From Carcharhinus amblyrhynchos (taxonomy: Eukaryota), in contig OZ336885.1 in NCBI GenBank assembly GCA_965287045.1, positions 19,778,001 to 19,842,000 of the forward strand: a stretch of DNA of 64,000 bases, in the 5' to 3' direction. The notes beneath the pieces are model-generated. The model was not told where the DNA came from. It did no database searches and saw only the letters and a list, made by a program, of their open reading frames with translations. Made by a program: the position numbers and the translations under genes. Below are positions 25,610-36,246 of the stretch, in pieces (position 1 is the first letter of the stretch; the number at the start of each line of letters is the position of its first letter).

Positions 25610-26315
25610 CCATCAACTCTCCCTCTCCCTGACTGAAGCTAAATCAGGCTGTTCATAAACATTATATTTTGCCCTGAAATGAACTTTCAACCACATAGTT
25701 GCACTATTATTAAACTCATCTATTTCTACCTCCTAACATCAGCCAACTATAGCTTAAGCTTGTCTGCTGCTGAAATCCTCATATTATTTCCAGTCTGGAC
25801 TTTTCCAACACATTCCTGCTAGGCCACCTTTATTCAACCCTCCAAAAACTTGGTGCCACTCAAAACCCTGCTGCCTGTGTCCAAACGTGCAGCAAGATCT
25901 GCTCACTCATCAACCAGTTCTCATTGTCCTACATTGGCTCTTGGCTAAGCAGAACCTCCAATCCTGTTTTCAGATCCTTCCATGGCCTTGTTCCACCCGA
26001 TCTCTGTAATCTGCACCAAAGGGACTCTCGCCTCTCTGCTTTCTTGAACATTCTGATTTTAATAGCTCCACCATTGGCAGTCGTGCCTTCAGCTGCCAAG
26101 GCCCTGAGCTCTGGAATTCTCTCCCAAAACCTCTTGCAATTCTCTTTTTTCTCTTTTCTCCGTCAAGACATTCCTTGAAACCTATCTCATTGATCAAGTT
26201 ATTGGTCATCTGGCATATCTTCCGTGTGGCTTGGTGTCAAATTTTGCTTGTCATTTGTAAAGCCCATGGGATGTTTTGTTACATTAAAGGCACTGTACAA
26301 ATATATGTTGTTGTG
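25610..26315 (+). mobile_element. L2 LINE 3' fragment, decayed
   Basis: CTACATTGGCTC (LHWL), GGRAFS-like ATTGGCAGTCGTGCCTTCAGC, CTCTGGAATTCTCTCCC; tail TAAAGGCACTGTACAAATATATGTTGTTGT. Confidence 0.75.
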
Positions 26316-26319
26316 GGCA

Positions 26320-26790
26320 TAGACTTTCAAAAGCTATTCGACAAAACGCCGCTACAGAGCAAATAGGAAACATGAAGTGAGTGGGGTGAAGAAATAAAAT
26401 TGAAGCCTGTGGGATTTGAATGGTTTGTGGTTTTGACAAGACACAATGCAGACGGGAATGCTGACAGGTTGCATTTTCAGATCGGAATGAACAATAGAGT
26501 GATATTCCTGAATGGTCAATTTTTAAAACATTACAGGTAGGATTTTACAGCCTCGTCGAACAAGACTGGAAATTCAACAGACATTTTCATTGTCCATCCC
26601 TCGCCCACTCTGATTCTGTTGTGGACAGGTTGATAGAATCCTGGCATCCTTGTTTTATTATATATTACCTGGAATTGTGTATACAGGGCAGAATTACAAA
26701 CTTTGCTAATGCCACAAAATTCAGAAATGGAATAAATAGTGAGAAGGACAGATTTCAAGGCGATGCAGAAAGGACCACTTGTATACAATG
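26320..26790 (+). mobile_element. Very old CR1 RT remnant with a MITE at about 26535-26645
   Basis: DFQKLFDK and GRITNFANATKF (decayed KFADDTKL) remnants. Confidence 0.55.
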
Positions 26791-27179
26791 CAATGCTTTA
26801 TGCCCCAAGGATGCATGAAAAATAACTAACCTCAAATTAGGTCAAAGCTGAAACAAGTCCCTTACATATGTTGATGAGGGACCTAACGGCTGCTGAGCTG
26901 TGTCTGCCTGAGCAGAGTGCACTGGGCATCTTTATCAAGTGCTAGCAATGAACAGCTGAGGCTATACTTCCCGATATGTTCATTCCCTAATCCAGCTAAC
27001 TATTCAAATTGGCAAATTGAGTGAGCTCTGCTCAGAATGCAGAAGCAGAGCACATCTGGCATTCAGCCCTCTTCACACATGGGATTCCCAGAGAAAATCT
27101 CCATGTGGAGCAGGAATCGAGCGTCACTGGGGGTGATACTGCCGGCCCAAGAGAACAGAACAGAACCAGATAGAACAGA

Positions 27180-27535
27180 ACAGATATGTAGGCAGAGTTC
27201 GGCAAGGTTACAGGATTGCTGTGGTGGGAGTAAGAGGATTGTTGTGGTGGGGGGGTTTTAATTTCCCCTATATTGACTGGGACACACTTGGTGCTAGGGG
27301 CATAAATGGGATAGGGTTTGTAAGGCAGGAGGGCTTCTTGAAGCACTGTATAGATAGTCCAACTAATGAAGGTGCCATTCTGAACCTGGTATTGGGAAAT
27401 GAGCCTGGCCAGGTGGTGGCAGCATTTCGGGAACAGTGGCCACAATTCAGTAAACTTTAAGGTACTGATGGATAAAGATAAGGTGCTAAGTTGGGGGAAA
27501 GCTAATTTATAACAATATTAGGCAGGAGCTGAAGA
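27180..27535 (+). mobile_element. CR1 fragment, AP-endonuclease C-terminal region
   Basis: VVVGGFNFPYIDW..SPTNEGAILNLVLGNEPGQV. Confidence 0.8.
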
Positions 27536-27539
27536 ACCC

Positions 27540-27985
27540 CCGCTCCACTGCCTGACCCGCGGGGGCCCTGATTGCCCCCTTTCCATTTTGTGGGGTGCAT
27601 GGGGAGCTAGTCTGAATCCTGTTGGAACGAAGTACTCCTGGCAGAATAGGAGGTTCAACTGAGACCAGTAAGTTCCTGACAATTACATTTACAAGACATT
27701 TAAAACATATTAGAAGCAGTTTCAAATGACTTACCTGCCTTCCCGTCAGTTTCCAACATGGTCTGATGGGCGAATGTTCACCGGCTCTGGGAGATGCGCA
27801 TGTAATCCTGGCTCGTGCGCAACTCCCAGAACAAGGCCAGCGACACGCATCTCCCACCCCAACCTGACAGAAAAGTTGCAGGTCGGGATGGGAGAATCGC
27901 AGCCATGATTTCTTGCACGATCAGTCTCTCTATGGGTTCTGAATTGGAAACTATCAATGTCTAAAAATATAGGCCACAATTCCCC
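27540..27985. mobile_element. Harbinger-type non-autonomous remnant
   Basis: CpG-retaining block with GGGAGAATCGC and ACAATTCCCC terminus-like motifs that truncates the CR1 fragment. Confidence 0.3.
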
Positions 27986-28180
27986 AGTCTCACACACCCC
28001 ACCTCTGCTGCTTGTGGCAATGGAGAATTTGGAGCTCAGCCAAATCTCCATTCACAGCCACAGGATTGGTAAATCCCAGTCGCAGGCAAGGTTGGATAAT
28101 TCCAGTGAATCATGTCTAAATCGGCTACTACATTTGTAAGGTATATTTAACCACACCATTCTATTCTGTGCTATTGTGTG

Positions 28181-28460
28181 ATACGGTGGCACAGTGGTTA
28201 GCACTGCTGCCTCATAGTGCCAGGGCCTTTGATTTAATTCCAAGCTTGGGTGACTCTTTGTGTGGAATTTGCATATTCTCCCTGGGTTTCTTCTGGGTGC
28301 TCTGGCTTCCTCCCACAGTCCAAAGATGTGGCTGGTTAGGTGCATTGACCATGCTAAGTGTACCCGAACAGGTGCTGGCGTGTGGTGACCTCAGGATTTT
28401 CACAGTAAACTTCATTGCAGTGTTAATGTAAGCCTACTTGTGACCAATAAATAAACTTCA
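28181..28460 (+). mobile_element. V-SINE, tail B
   Basis: Full head and V-domain; tail GCAGTGTTAATGTAAGCCTACTTGTGACCAATAAATAAAC. Confidence 0.9.
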
Positions 28461-28849
28461 CTTGATTTTTTTGTACAAATCTGAAACCTCTTTCCACTGG
28501 TCGCAGTAAATGTTACATGAATTTTAATTTCAAAAATGTATATATACTGCATTAATTTTAAGAAGCAGCGCTTATAAATTTGGAATAAACTTGAATTATC
28601 AATTGTTTTGAAGCACTTCAGACATGTATAATTTATTACAGTTAGAGGAGGAGCTCTTGTAAACACTGCATCTTGTTTAACAGCACCTATAGTTCATTGG
28701 AACAGCAACTTTACACTTGCTTTGCCTTCTCTTTCAATTAATCTATGAAATTCATTGTGGTAGTAAATTGTTGCTATTTTCAAATGAAGGTTGAGAGTCT
28801 GTATGTTCCGGGTGTGCATTTCCATTCTTTTAGTTTTTATTTTATTCCT

Positions 28850-29540
28850 TCTTTAGATGTGCACTTTGCTGACAAATTACCCTTGAGAATGTGGAGATGC
28901 CATCGGAATTGTTGCAGTCTATGTGGCATCAATATATCCACTGTGCTGTTGGGGGAGGGAAGTTGCAGATTTTGACCCAGTCTAGGTGAAGGAATGCTGA
29001 TATAATTCCAAGTCAAGATGGATTGTGGCTTAGAGAGCCACAGTCAGTTGCAGGCGGTGGTATTCTACGTATCTGCTGCTCTTGTCCTTCTAGATAGCAG
29101 AGGTTGTGAGTTTGGAAGACGCTGTCAAAGGAACCTTGGTGAGTTGCTGCAGTTCATCTTGTAAACAATATATACTTCTGCCATTGTACAATGGTGATGG
29201 TAAGCGTGGATTTTTTAGATAGTGCCGATCAAGTGTGCTGCCTCCCTGGACGATGTCAAACTTCTTCAGTGTTGTTGGAGCTGCACCCTTAGCCAAGCAA
29301 TTGGAGAATACTTCATCACACTCCTGATTTGTGCTTTTTAGATGGTGGGCAGGATTAGGGAAGTCAAGAAGTGAGTTGCTTGCCATAATATTCCCAATCC
29401 CTGGCCTGCTCTTGTAGCCACAGTATTTATTTGGTTATTCCAGTTATGTTTCTGGTCAATGGTAACCCCCAGGTTGTTGACGGGGTTTTCAGCAATGGTA
29501 ATGTCAAGGGGAGATGGTTAGACCCTCTCTTTTTGGAGAT
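28850..29540 (-). mobile_element. LINE-X (CR1/L2-group) 3' fragment
   Basis: AAPTTLKKFDIVQ and related remnants, homologous to 6470-7300. Confidence 0.75.
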
Positions 29541-30072
29541 CAAACAAAGAACAAAGAAAATGGCAGCACAAGAATGGGGCTTTTGGCCCTCCATGCCTGC
29601 ATTGACTATGCTGCCTGACTGAACTAAAGCCAGTAAAAAGTCTGACAACACCAGGTTTTAGTCCAACCTATTTATTTGATAATATTCTCACTAGCTTTTT
29701 ACTGTGTTTACGCCAGTCCAACGCCGGCATACCCACATCATGAACTAAAGCCCCCACACTTCCAGGGACCATATCCCTTTATTTCCATCCTATTCATGTA
29801 TTTGTCAAGATACCCCTTAAAAGTCATCATCGTATCTGCTTCCACTACCTTCCCTGGCAGTGAGTTCCAAGCACTCACCACCCTCTGTGTAAAAAAACTT
29901 GTCTCGTACATCTCCTTTAAACTTTGCCCCTCACACCTTAAACCTGTGCCTCCTAATAATTGACTCTTCCACCTTGGGAAAAAGCTTCTGATTATCCACT
30001 CTGTTCATGCCCCTCATAATCTTGTGGACTTCAATCAGGTCGACCCCTCAACTTCTGTTGTTCCAGTGAGAA
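29541..30072 (-). mobile_element. CR1 3' fragment, (TTCTTTG)n tail family, with a nested mini-Penelope
   Basis: CAAACAAAGAACAAAGAA tail; CTCACCACCCTCTGTGTAAAAAA (FFTQRVV reverse); same family as 49846-50176. Confidence 0.85.
29632..29740. mobile_element. Mini Penelope-like element terminus with an inverted 5' part and 12-bp TSD
   Basis: TGAACTAAAGCC at 29620-29631 and 29741-29752; 3' end CCAGTCCAACGCCGGCATACCCACATCA matches 34000-34030. Confidence 0.75.
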
Positions 30073-30112
30073 TCGGACATTTCCTGGCTCTTGTGTGGTG
30101 CAGATGTTACTT

Positions 30113-30500
30113 GTGACATGCTCCAGTACCAAAGGCAGGTAAGGAGTTTGACTGGGCGGTATATCTGTTATATTATAACACAGATTTCCCAAGGCAAGCT
30201 TAAAGAGGGTGGGAACTGACTGTGGAGCAAATGGCAAAAGCTTGCATGATCTTGAATCTCAGTAAAATATAGATCTTGAAAGTGGGGTCTCACAATCCTT
30301 CTTACCTTTTTTGGGTTTTAAGCAGGAGGTGTTAGAAAAATTACCGAGGGGATAACTGGTTGAGGCGGCCAAGGATTTAAAGTGATGTCTTTTTGAACCT
30401 TCAATGTTGGCATTTCATATCATTGTGAAGCAGAACTCATCCAGCATTGGATGATTCACACATTAATAGGGAACGTGAGCTGGGGTTAGATCATCATAAG
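30113..30500 (+). pseudogene. Decayed 28S rRNA fragment (domain V, peptidyl-transferase region)
   Basis: Collinear matches GGAGTTTGACTGGGCGGTA, TTTTGGGTTTTAAGCAGGAGGTGT, GGGATAACTGG, TATCATTGTGAAGCAGAA, TAATAGGGAACGTGAGCTGGG; many CpG-to-TpG/CpA changes. Confidence 0.92.
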
Positions 30501-31299
30501 CTTGACTGATTTTACCTGACCGATATTCTGCCCAGTGCATTCGACTCAGTGGCAATGATTGATTATTTCGAGGCTTGGCTGATCTCCTCTGGGTTCACCT
30601 CAAGCACAGACTCCAGCGGCATCATTTCCTCTGCCAGAGGTGCACCATGTGTTCATCTATGCGCCAGATTGGAAGGTGGCTCGTCCCGGCAACGGTGAGT
30701 GTCATACTACCCCCCCCGCTCAGCAGGAACCTTTGGCGATTCCTGCCGTTGAAGAAAGCTTTTGAGCTTTAGATGCAGAAACAATTAGAGAGTAACAAAA
30801 GTTTTCAGGTAACTCACTGGTGAGCTTGGTATCTTCCCAGGGGTTATAATCATATTACAGTGACTGTGCTATTCCAGCATAGTCACTGTAACTGCTGAGA
30901 CTCTGTGAATGTGGGTGAGTTACCCATCATCTGGCTCGACCATTGTAAATGTTTCCCGTGGAAATTGTCCCTTTTTGTACATTTTGTAAATAACTGTATC
31001 GTTTGAAGTCCTGTCAAGAATTCGAAAGTCAAATTCCAAAGTGAAAATGTTAGCGTGCAAGGTGAACGAAATACGTGATCGTCGCTGTTTAGGGTCAAAT
31101 TCAACAAAATAAGAACAAGGCACACACTATGAAAGTAATCCACGCTCATTGAAGCTCAAATTCCTTGCTTCGTCTTTGCAATATGTTAACTTGTGAGTCA
31201 AACTGCTGCACGTTTTGGAGCTCTGTGGCTGTGTAATTAAGTATTCAATCTCTAAATGCCCCCCAGCCTATTGTGTCCTACTCATAAAAATTGCACGAT

Positions 31300-31700
31300 A
31301 AATAGATAAGGAAAACCATGTTGTCATATGTCCAAGGGTAAAAAACCCAGCTCTGTTCCATCATAGCATCCAACTGGCTTTTGATTCCCCTTAAGCCTTT
31401 CACCTCGGCAGCCTTAACATCATCTGTTCCAACTCAATTACTCTTTGCCTGAAGAAGTTCTTCCTGTGATAAGACCTAAATTTGTCTTTCACCAGTTTGA
31501 GTCAATGTACCCTTATTTTGTTGTCATGTTTAGCTTGCTCCCTTATTTACCTTTCTGCACGGCTTAATATTTTATTCCACAAGGCGTATTCATAACATAC
31601 TTGAAGATGTAAAGGTCTGGTTTTCCCCACTCTCACTGCATAGCTCAACCCTCTAATGCTGGGAATCAGCCGTAATGTTTTCTGCGTACCCACCTCTGTG
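31300..31700 (-). mobile_element. Ancient CR1 3' remnant
   Basis: GAAGAAGTTCTTCCTG..CCTAAATTTGTCTTTCACCAGTTTG reads as reversed KLVKDKFR..RKNFF. Confidence 0.5.
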
Positions 31701-32010
31701 TGGTGAATGAGTCAAATTTTAACCTGGCTGAGTGGAAGTGAGTGTGTGTGAGAGAGGTAAACGAGGCAAAAAACTGTCAGTGTGTCATGATGCTGGCAGG
31801 GGCTCGCTGACTTGTGCATTTAACACCTTCTCAGTTGTTGGCTGCACAGGATGAAGTGGATTATAAATCAAGCTCCAAATAAAAGACTACCTTAGAGCGG
31901 GGGCCCTCCTTCGATAATAGTTCAAGGCAGAAACTTTGAATAGACGCTAAGTGTGGCTCTGAAATGCTGAGCCATGTCTCCCCTAAGGAAAGCGACTATT
32001 AAGAAATATT

Positions 32011-32512
32011 GGGGATAATCCTTCCGGCCTATTGCACTGCCTGAATAGGCCGGGAGACATCAGCAGGGTGAGGCAGGAGGGAGACTCGCGTGCAACGTGC
32101 AGCCAATTGCAAGTCTCCAGGCAATGTTTTTCCATATAATCAACCTCACGCCAGAAATCGGCATAGGCCAGCGATCAGAGGAGGGAGGTCAGATAGGCTG
32201 AGGATAGGGGAGGCAGAGGGGATTGGGAAGCTGGTGATTGGGAGGCTGGTGATGGTGGGGGGTGGGGGGGGAGCGGGGGTGGGGGGAGTGCAGCAGAGGG
32301 GAGAGCCCAGTGCACATGTGCCAATCTCCCCACTGACAGATCGGCGTGTACCCAGTGGCCCACTCAGCACACCAATTCCAGCCTCTCCCACGGGATAATG
32401 CCCTAACTCCCTCTTACCGACGTGAATCTCCCTGAGGTTCTCTGTGGAGTATAGAGTGCTAGAGATTCGTGAAACTGAATGCGCACAAAAAAAAAGGGTG
32501 GGAAAATCTCCC
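32011..32512. mobile_element. Harbinger-type non-autonomous element, same family as 21880-22917 in opposite orientation
   Basis: GGGGATAATCCTTCC ... GGGAAAATCTCCC with ATT on both flanks. Confidence 0.6.
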
Positions 32513-33204
32513 ATTTTACCATCTGTTGGACACTTGGTATTTTTGGGACAATCACCCCCCCACCCACCCCCCTCCACCCCCCACTATTACCTTTCCCCAG
32601 ATAGCCTGTTAAATAGTTGGTTGGCCAGCTATAAATGCCCAGCTATTATACCAGATCACGGGTCTCTCTTCAAAAATTGTATCTTCCCTTTTTCAGAAAA
32701 TGAAAGCGAGGTCGGTTCTTGTACTGTAGGCAGAAGATTACAGAGAGGCATTATACCTACCAGCCTAATCACAGTTTAATAAAAAAAAGGCTTATGGCGG
32801 GGCCGTTGATTGGAATGCTGCACGAATATGGCCCCTGCACAGAAGCAGGTGGTCCAGAATGTACCAGCTAAGGCCTGTGACAAGAACCTATGGACATAAG
32901 ATAGAAATCAACAGTGCACTCATCTCATGCACTGGAGCAGAAAAGATAGCTGTCTGTCTCCATCCCAACTACATACACCGACAGAGCACAGTGCAAGAAC
33001 ACTTAGCAGCATTTGTATCAATACACTTGGGGTCTCACTGGGTGATCTTTATTCATTGAATGCCACAGTATTGGAGCTCTCTGCATCTTGAAAATTCTTG
33101 TGATGCACACTTAAACAGCTCATCTGTTCATTTCTACATCAGTAACCAGGGGCGTGAAATGGAATCTCAGCGGGAACATGTGCTTATCAGTGAGTGTCCC
33201 TGGC

Positions 33205-33680
33205 CCAGAACCATCGAAATGTTATGGTGCAGATAGAGGCCATTCAGCCTATTGTGTCTGTGCTGGCCAGAAAGGGAAAAGAAACAAACCATTTATTTTA
33301 ATCCGCTTTTCCAACACCTGGTCTGTGGATTACAGCACTTCAGATGCAGATCCAGGTCCCTTTTAAAAGAGCTGAGAGTTTCAAACTCAACCACTAACAT
33401 AGGCAGTGAATTCCAGATGCTCATCACCCTCTGATTGATAAAGTATTTCCTTGTGTCCCCTCTAATCCTTCTACCAATTACCTTAAATCTATGCCCCCGT
33501 GGTAATTGACCCAGCAGCTAGGGTAAACAAGTCTTTCCTGTCTACTCAAGAAGGCGACAGGCACTCCAGAATTTTGTACACCTCCTTTAGGTCGCCCCTT
33601 AGCTGCCTTTGTTCCACGGAAAACAACCCCAGCCTCTCCTCATTGCTGCAATTTTCAAACTGTGGCAACATTCTTGTAAA
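33205..33680 (-). mobile_element. Older CR1 3' fragment
   Basis: AGGCCATTCAGCC 3' UTR, GAATTCCAGATGCTCATCACCCTCTG, AAACAACCCCAGCC. Confidence 0.7.
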
Positions 33681-33898
33681 GGTACATCAATACCTGTTGA
33701 TGTCGGAGCCACGGATGCATTCCATCGGCCGCTTGGTCTCTCAGCCTCTCCGCCTCATTCTCTCATTTGGAGGAGGTAGTGCGCTCCATGAAATCATACA
33801 TTTCCAATGCAACTTCCCTCCAGAGAGCCAGGTTGTGCAAAGCGCAGCATACCACCACAATACATGAATGGGTATACTGAGCTGACCTCGATCTATCT

Positions 33899-34032
33899 CA
33901 CCTGACTCATCTGATGAAGGAACAGCACTCTGAAAGCTCGTGACACCAAGCAAACCTGTTGGACTTTAACCTGGCGTTGTGAGACTTCTTACTATGCCCA
34001 CCTCAGTCCAACGCTGGCATCTCCACATCATA
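33899..34032 (+). mobile_element. Mini Penelope-like element 3' terminus with 9-bp TSD
   Basis: GATCTATCT at 33890-33898 and 34033-34041; CCTGTTGGACTTTAACCTGG..GAGACTTCTTACT..AGTCCAACGCTGGCATCTCCACATCA. Confidence 0.8.
33907..33943 (+). ncRNA. Minimal hammerhead ribozyme motif (Penelope type), helix II partly decayed
   Basis: tcat-CTGATGA-aggaacagcactct-GAAA-gctc-gtga: intact core, helix I tcat/gtga, palindromic AGCT helix III. Confidence 0.6.
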
Positions 34033-34284
34033 GATCTATCTTGGCACCTGACCCTCATTTTCAGAAGGCCTGTTTGATGGTCGCCACCCCCATCCCCCCA
34101 AGTCACTCAGCAGCTGTTGTAGGTTCTTTCTTCCTCCGTTTTGGGGTTCCAGTTTCACAGAGGTGGTGGAGGGGTGTGCATGAGTCACGTGACGGTGCTT
34201 TGCTCGGAGTCTGTGGTTCTCTCTGAAGAGTCTTTCACTTCCTCCAGTACCAGATCACAGTGATGCTTGAGGATGATGAAAGAA

Positions 34285-34640
34285 ATAGAACATAGAACAT
34301 AGAACATTACAGCGCAGAACAGGCCCTTCGGCCCACGATGTTGCGCCGACCAGTTTTTTTAAAAAAAAACACTGACCCACTAATCTAAACCAATCCCTTT
34401 TCGTCCATAAACCTATCCATAGATCTCTTAAACGCCCCCAAACTAGGCGCATTTACAACCGCAGCAGGCAGGGCATTCCAATCCCTCACCACCCTCTGGG
34501 TAAAGAACCTACCCCTGACATCCGTCCTATAACTACCACCCCTTAATTTAAAGCCATGCCCCCTCGTGCTAGCATTCTCCATCCGAGGAAAAAGGCTATC
34601 ACTATCCACCCTATCTAAACCTCTAATCATCTTATATGTA
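34285..34640 (-). mobile_element. CR1 3' fragment with (TTCTATG)n tail
   Basis: YKMIRGLDRVD..TRGH..FFTQRVVRDWNALP. Confidence 0.92.
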
Positions 34641-35044
34641 TTCGAACTGACAAGGTGCAAGGTTTCAAAGTCCAGGACCACAGGCAATTTTTATTGATTC
34701 AACTGACCAGTCAGAGGTGATATAATCAAAACCCCAGTGGTGAAAAGAAATTTAGAACCATAGGGCCTAAGTCATCTTTCTTCTCCCCCACATGCCACAT
34801 CATGTCTCAAATTATTCATATGCTGTATTCCAAAATTATTTTCTGAAAAGAAATCTAGTTAGTTGTTATTCCTGACTCTCATTGCAGTTTTACATCTTGA
34901 AATTGATTGTCTTCTGACAATAGCAGCAGAGTACTTTGCTGGAACAAAAGCACCACCAAGGCAGACAAAAAGCTTTACAAATTCTACACAAATAGTTCAC
35001 AACCATAATGTGAACCGTACACTGCATTGGGTGTACCTATAACA

Positions 35045-35160
35045 CAGGGACTGCAGCGGTACAAGAAGGCAGCTCCCCACCACCTTCTCAAGGCCAAGTA
35101 GGGATGGACAATACATGCTGGCTTTACCAGCGATGCCTGCATCCCATTTTTTTTTAAAAA
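35045..35160 (+). mobile_element. LINE-X 3' end stub
   Basis: GGACTGCAGCGGTACAAGAAGGCAGCTC..GGGATGGACAATACATGCTGG. Confidence 0.7.
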
Positions 35161-35321
35161 AGAACAAAATGTAATTTCCTAGAATGGAAAACACAGCTTC
35201 AGTGATCCCTTCCTGGGTCTTTGTTTTGCAGTGAGATTTAACATCTTCCCAAAGTTCTACCATAGGGGATAGGCAATAGGTTAGTACTGCAGGTTAATGC
35301 GTCTTAAAGCACAGAAGCAGA

Positions 35322-35690
35322 CACATAGAATCATACAGCGCATGAAGAGGCCCTTCAGCCCATCGAGTATGCACTGACACATTAGAAACACCTGAACTTC
35401 CACCTAATCCCAGCTGCCAGCACTTGGCCCATAGCCCTGAATGTTATGACATGACAAATGCTCATCCAGGTACTTTTTAAATGATTGTGAGGCAACTTGC
35501 CTCTACCACCCTCCCAGGCAATGCATTCCAGACCGTCACCACCCTCTGGGTAAAAACATTTTTGTTAAAAATCCCCCCAAACCTCCTGCCCCTCACCTTC
35601 AACCTATGTTTCCTCATGACAGACCCCTTCAACGAAGGGGAACAATTGTTCCTTATCCACTCTGTCCATGTCCCTCATAATCTTGAAATT
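35322..35690 (-). mobile_element. CR1 3' fragment
   Basis: CATAGAATCATACAG tail; KIMRDMDRVDKEQLFP. Confidence 0.85.
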
Positions 35691-36246
35691 TAGAAGTAGA
35701 AAGGATGCATATTTTTTGTCTCCATAGCTGATCTCTGGATTCAAACGCTCATTTCTGTTGAGTGGGTGCTTATCCAGTGAGGAATCCTGATCTGGTGAAT
35801 TCCAGTTGGCTAACAGCAAGTTGTGAAAGTGATCATACATCCTCATTTGAGAAGCACAACAATTTTTCACTTCCACAACTAGCATGAGGAAGTGATGGGG
35901 AGATATGATTCGAACAGTTATCTTCAGTTGAGTTAATACCAGGACAGGTATAATGAAGTGAATGGCCTCCCCTCAAGGTTTTAATTTTTATAAATACTGT
36001 CATTGCATCAAAAAAGTGCACACCAACAATTTTTCTTATGTCCCCCACTGAGCTTTCACTCTATCGCTGAGCTTTTAATTTTTTTTTCCCCTGATCTTGA
36101 AAATCATTCCATCTGGCTGTTTGGCAGTGATTGACTTGTAGGATTTCAAGACAAACCTACAGGTTAAATATTTGCAATAATGGAAGTGCATCCTAACATG
36201 TAGAGAACTAGACGTAAAGGTGTGGCACCTATTAACATGGATTATA

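Larger units (their letters stand above)
33690..34200 (-). pseudogene. PIF/Harbinger (HARBI1-like) DDE transposase C-terminal fragment, split by a mini-Penelope
   Basis: Minus strand reads NPKTEEERTYNSC, ATIKQ, GLLKMRVRCQDRS, then after the insert SCIVVVCCALHNLAL. Confidence 0.8.

Noticed and set aside
30113-30500. Functional rDNA unit
   Set aside because: It is an isolated fragment with many substitutions in invariant positions and no 18S, 5.8S or remaining 28S sequence
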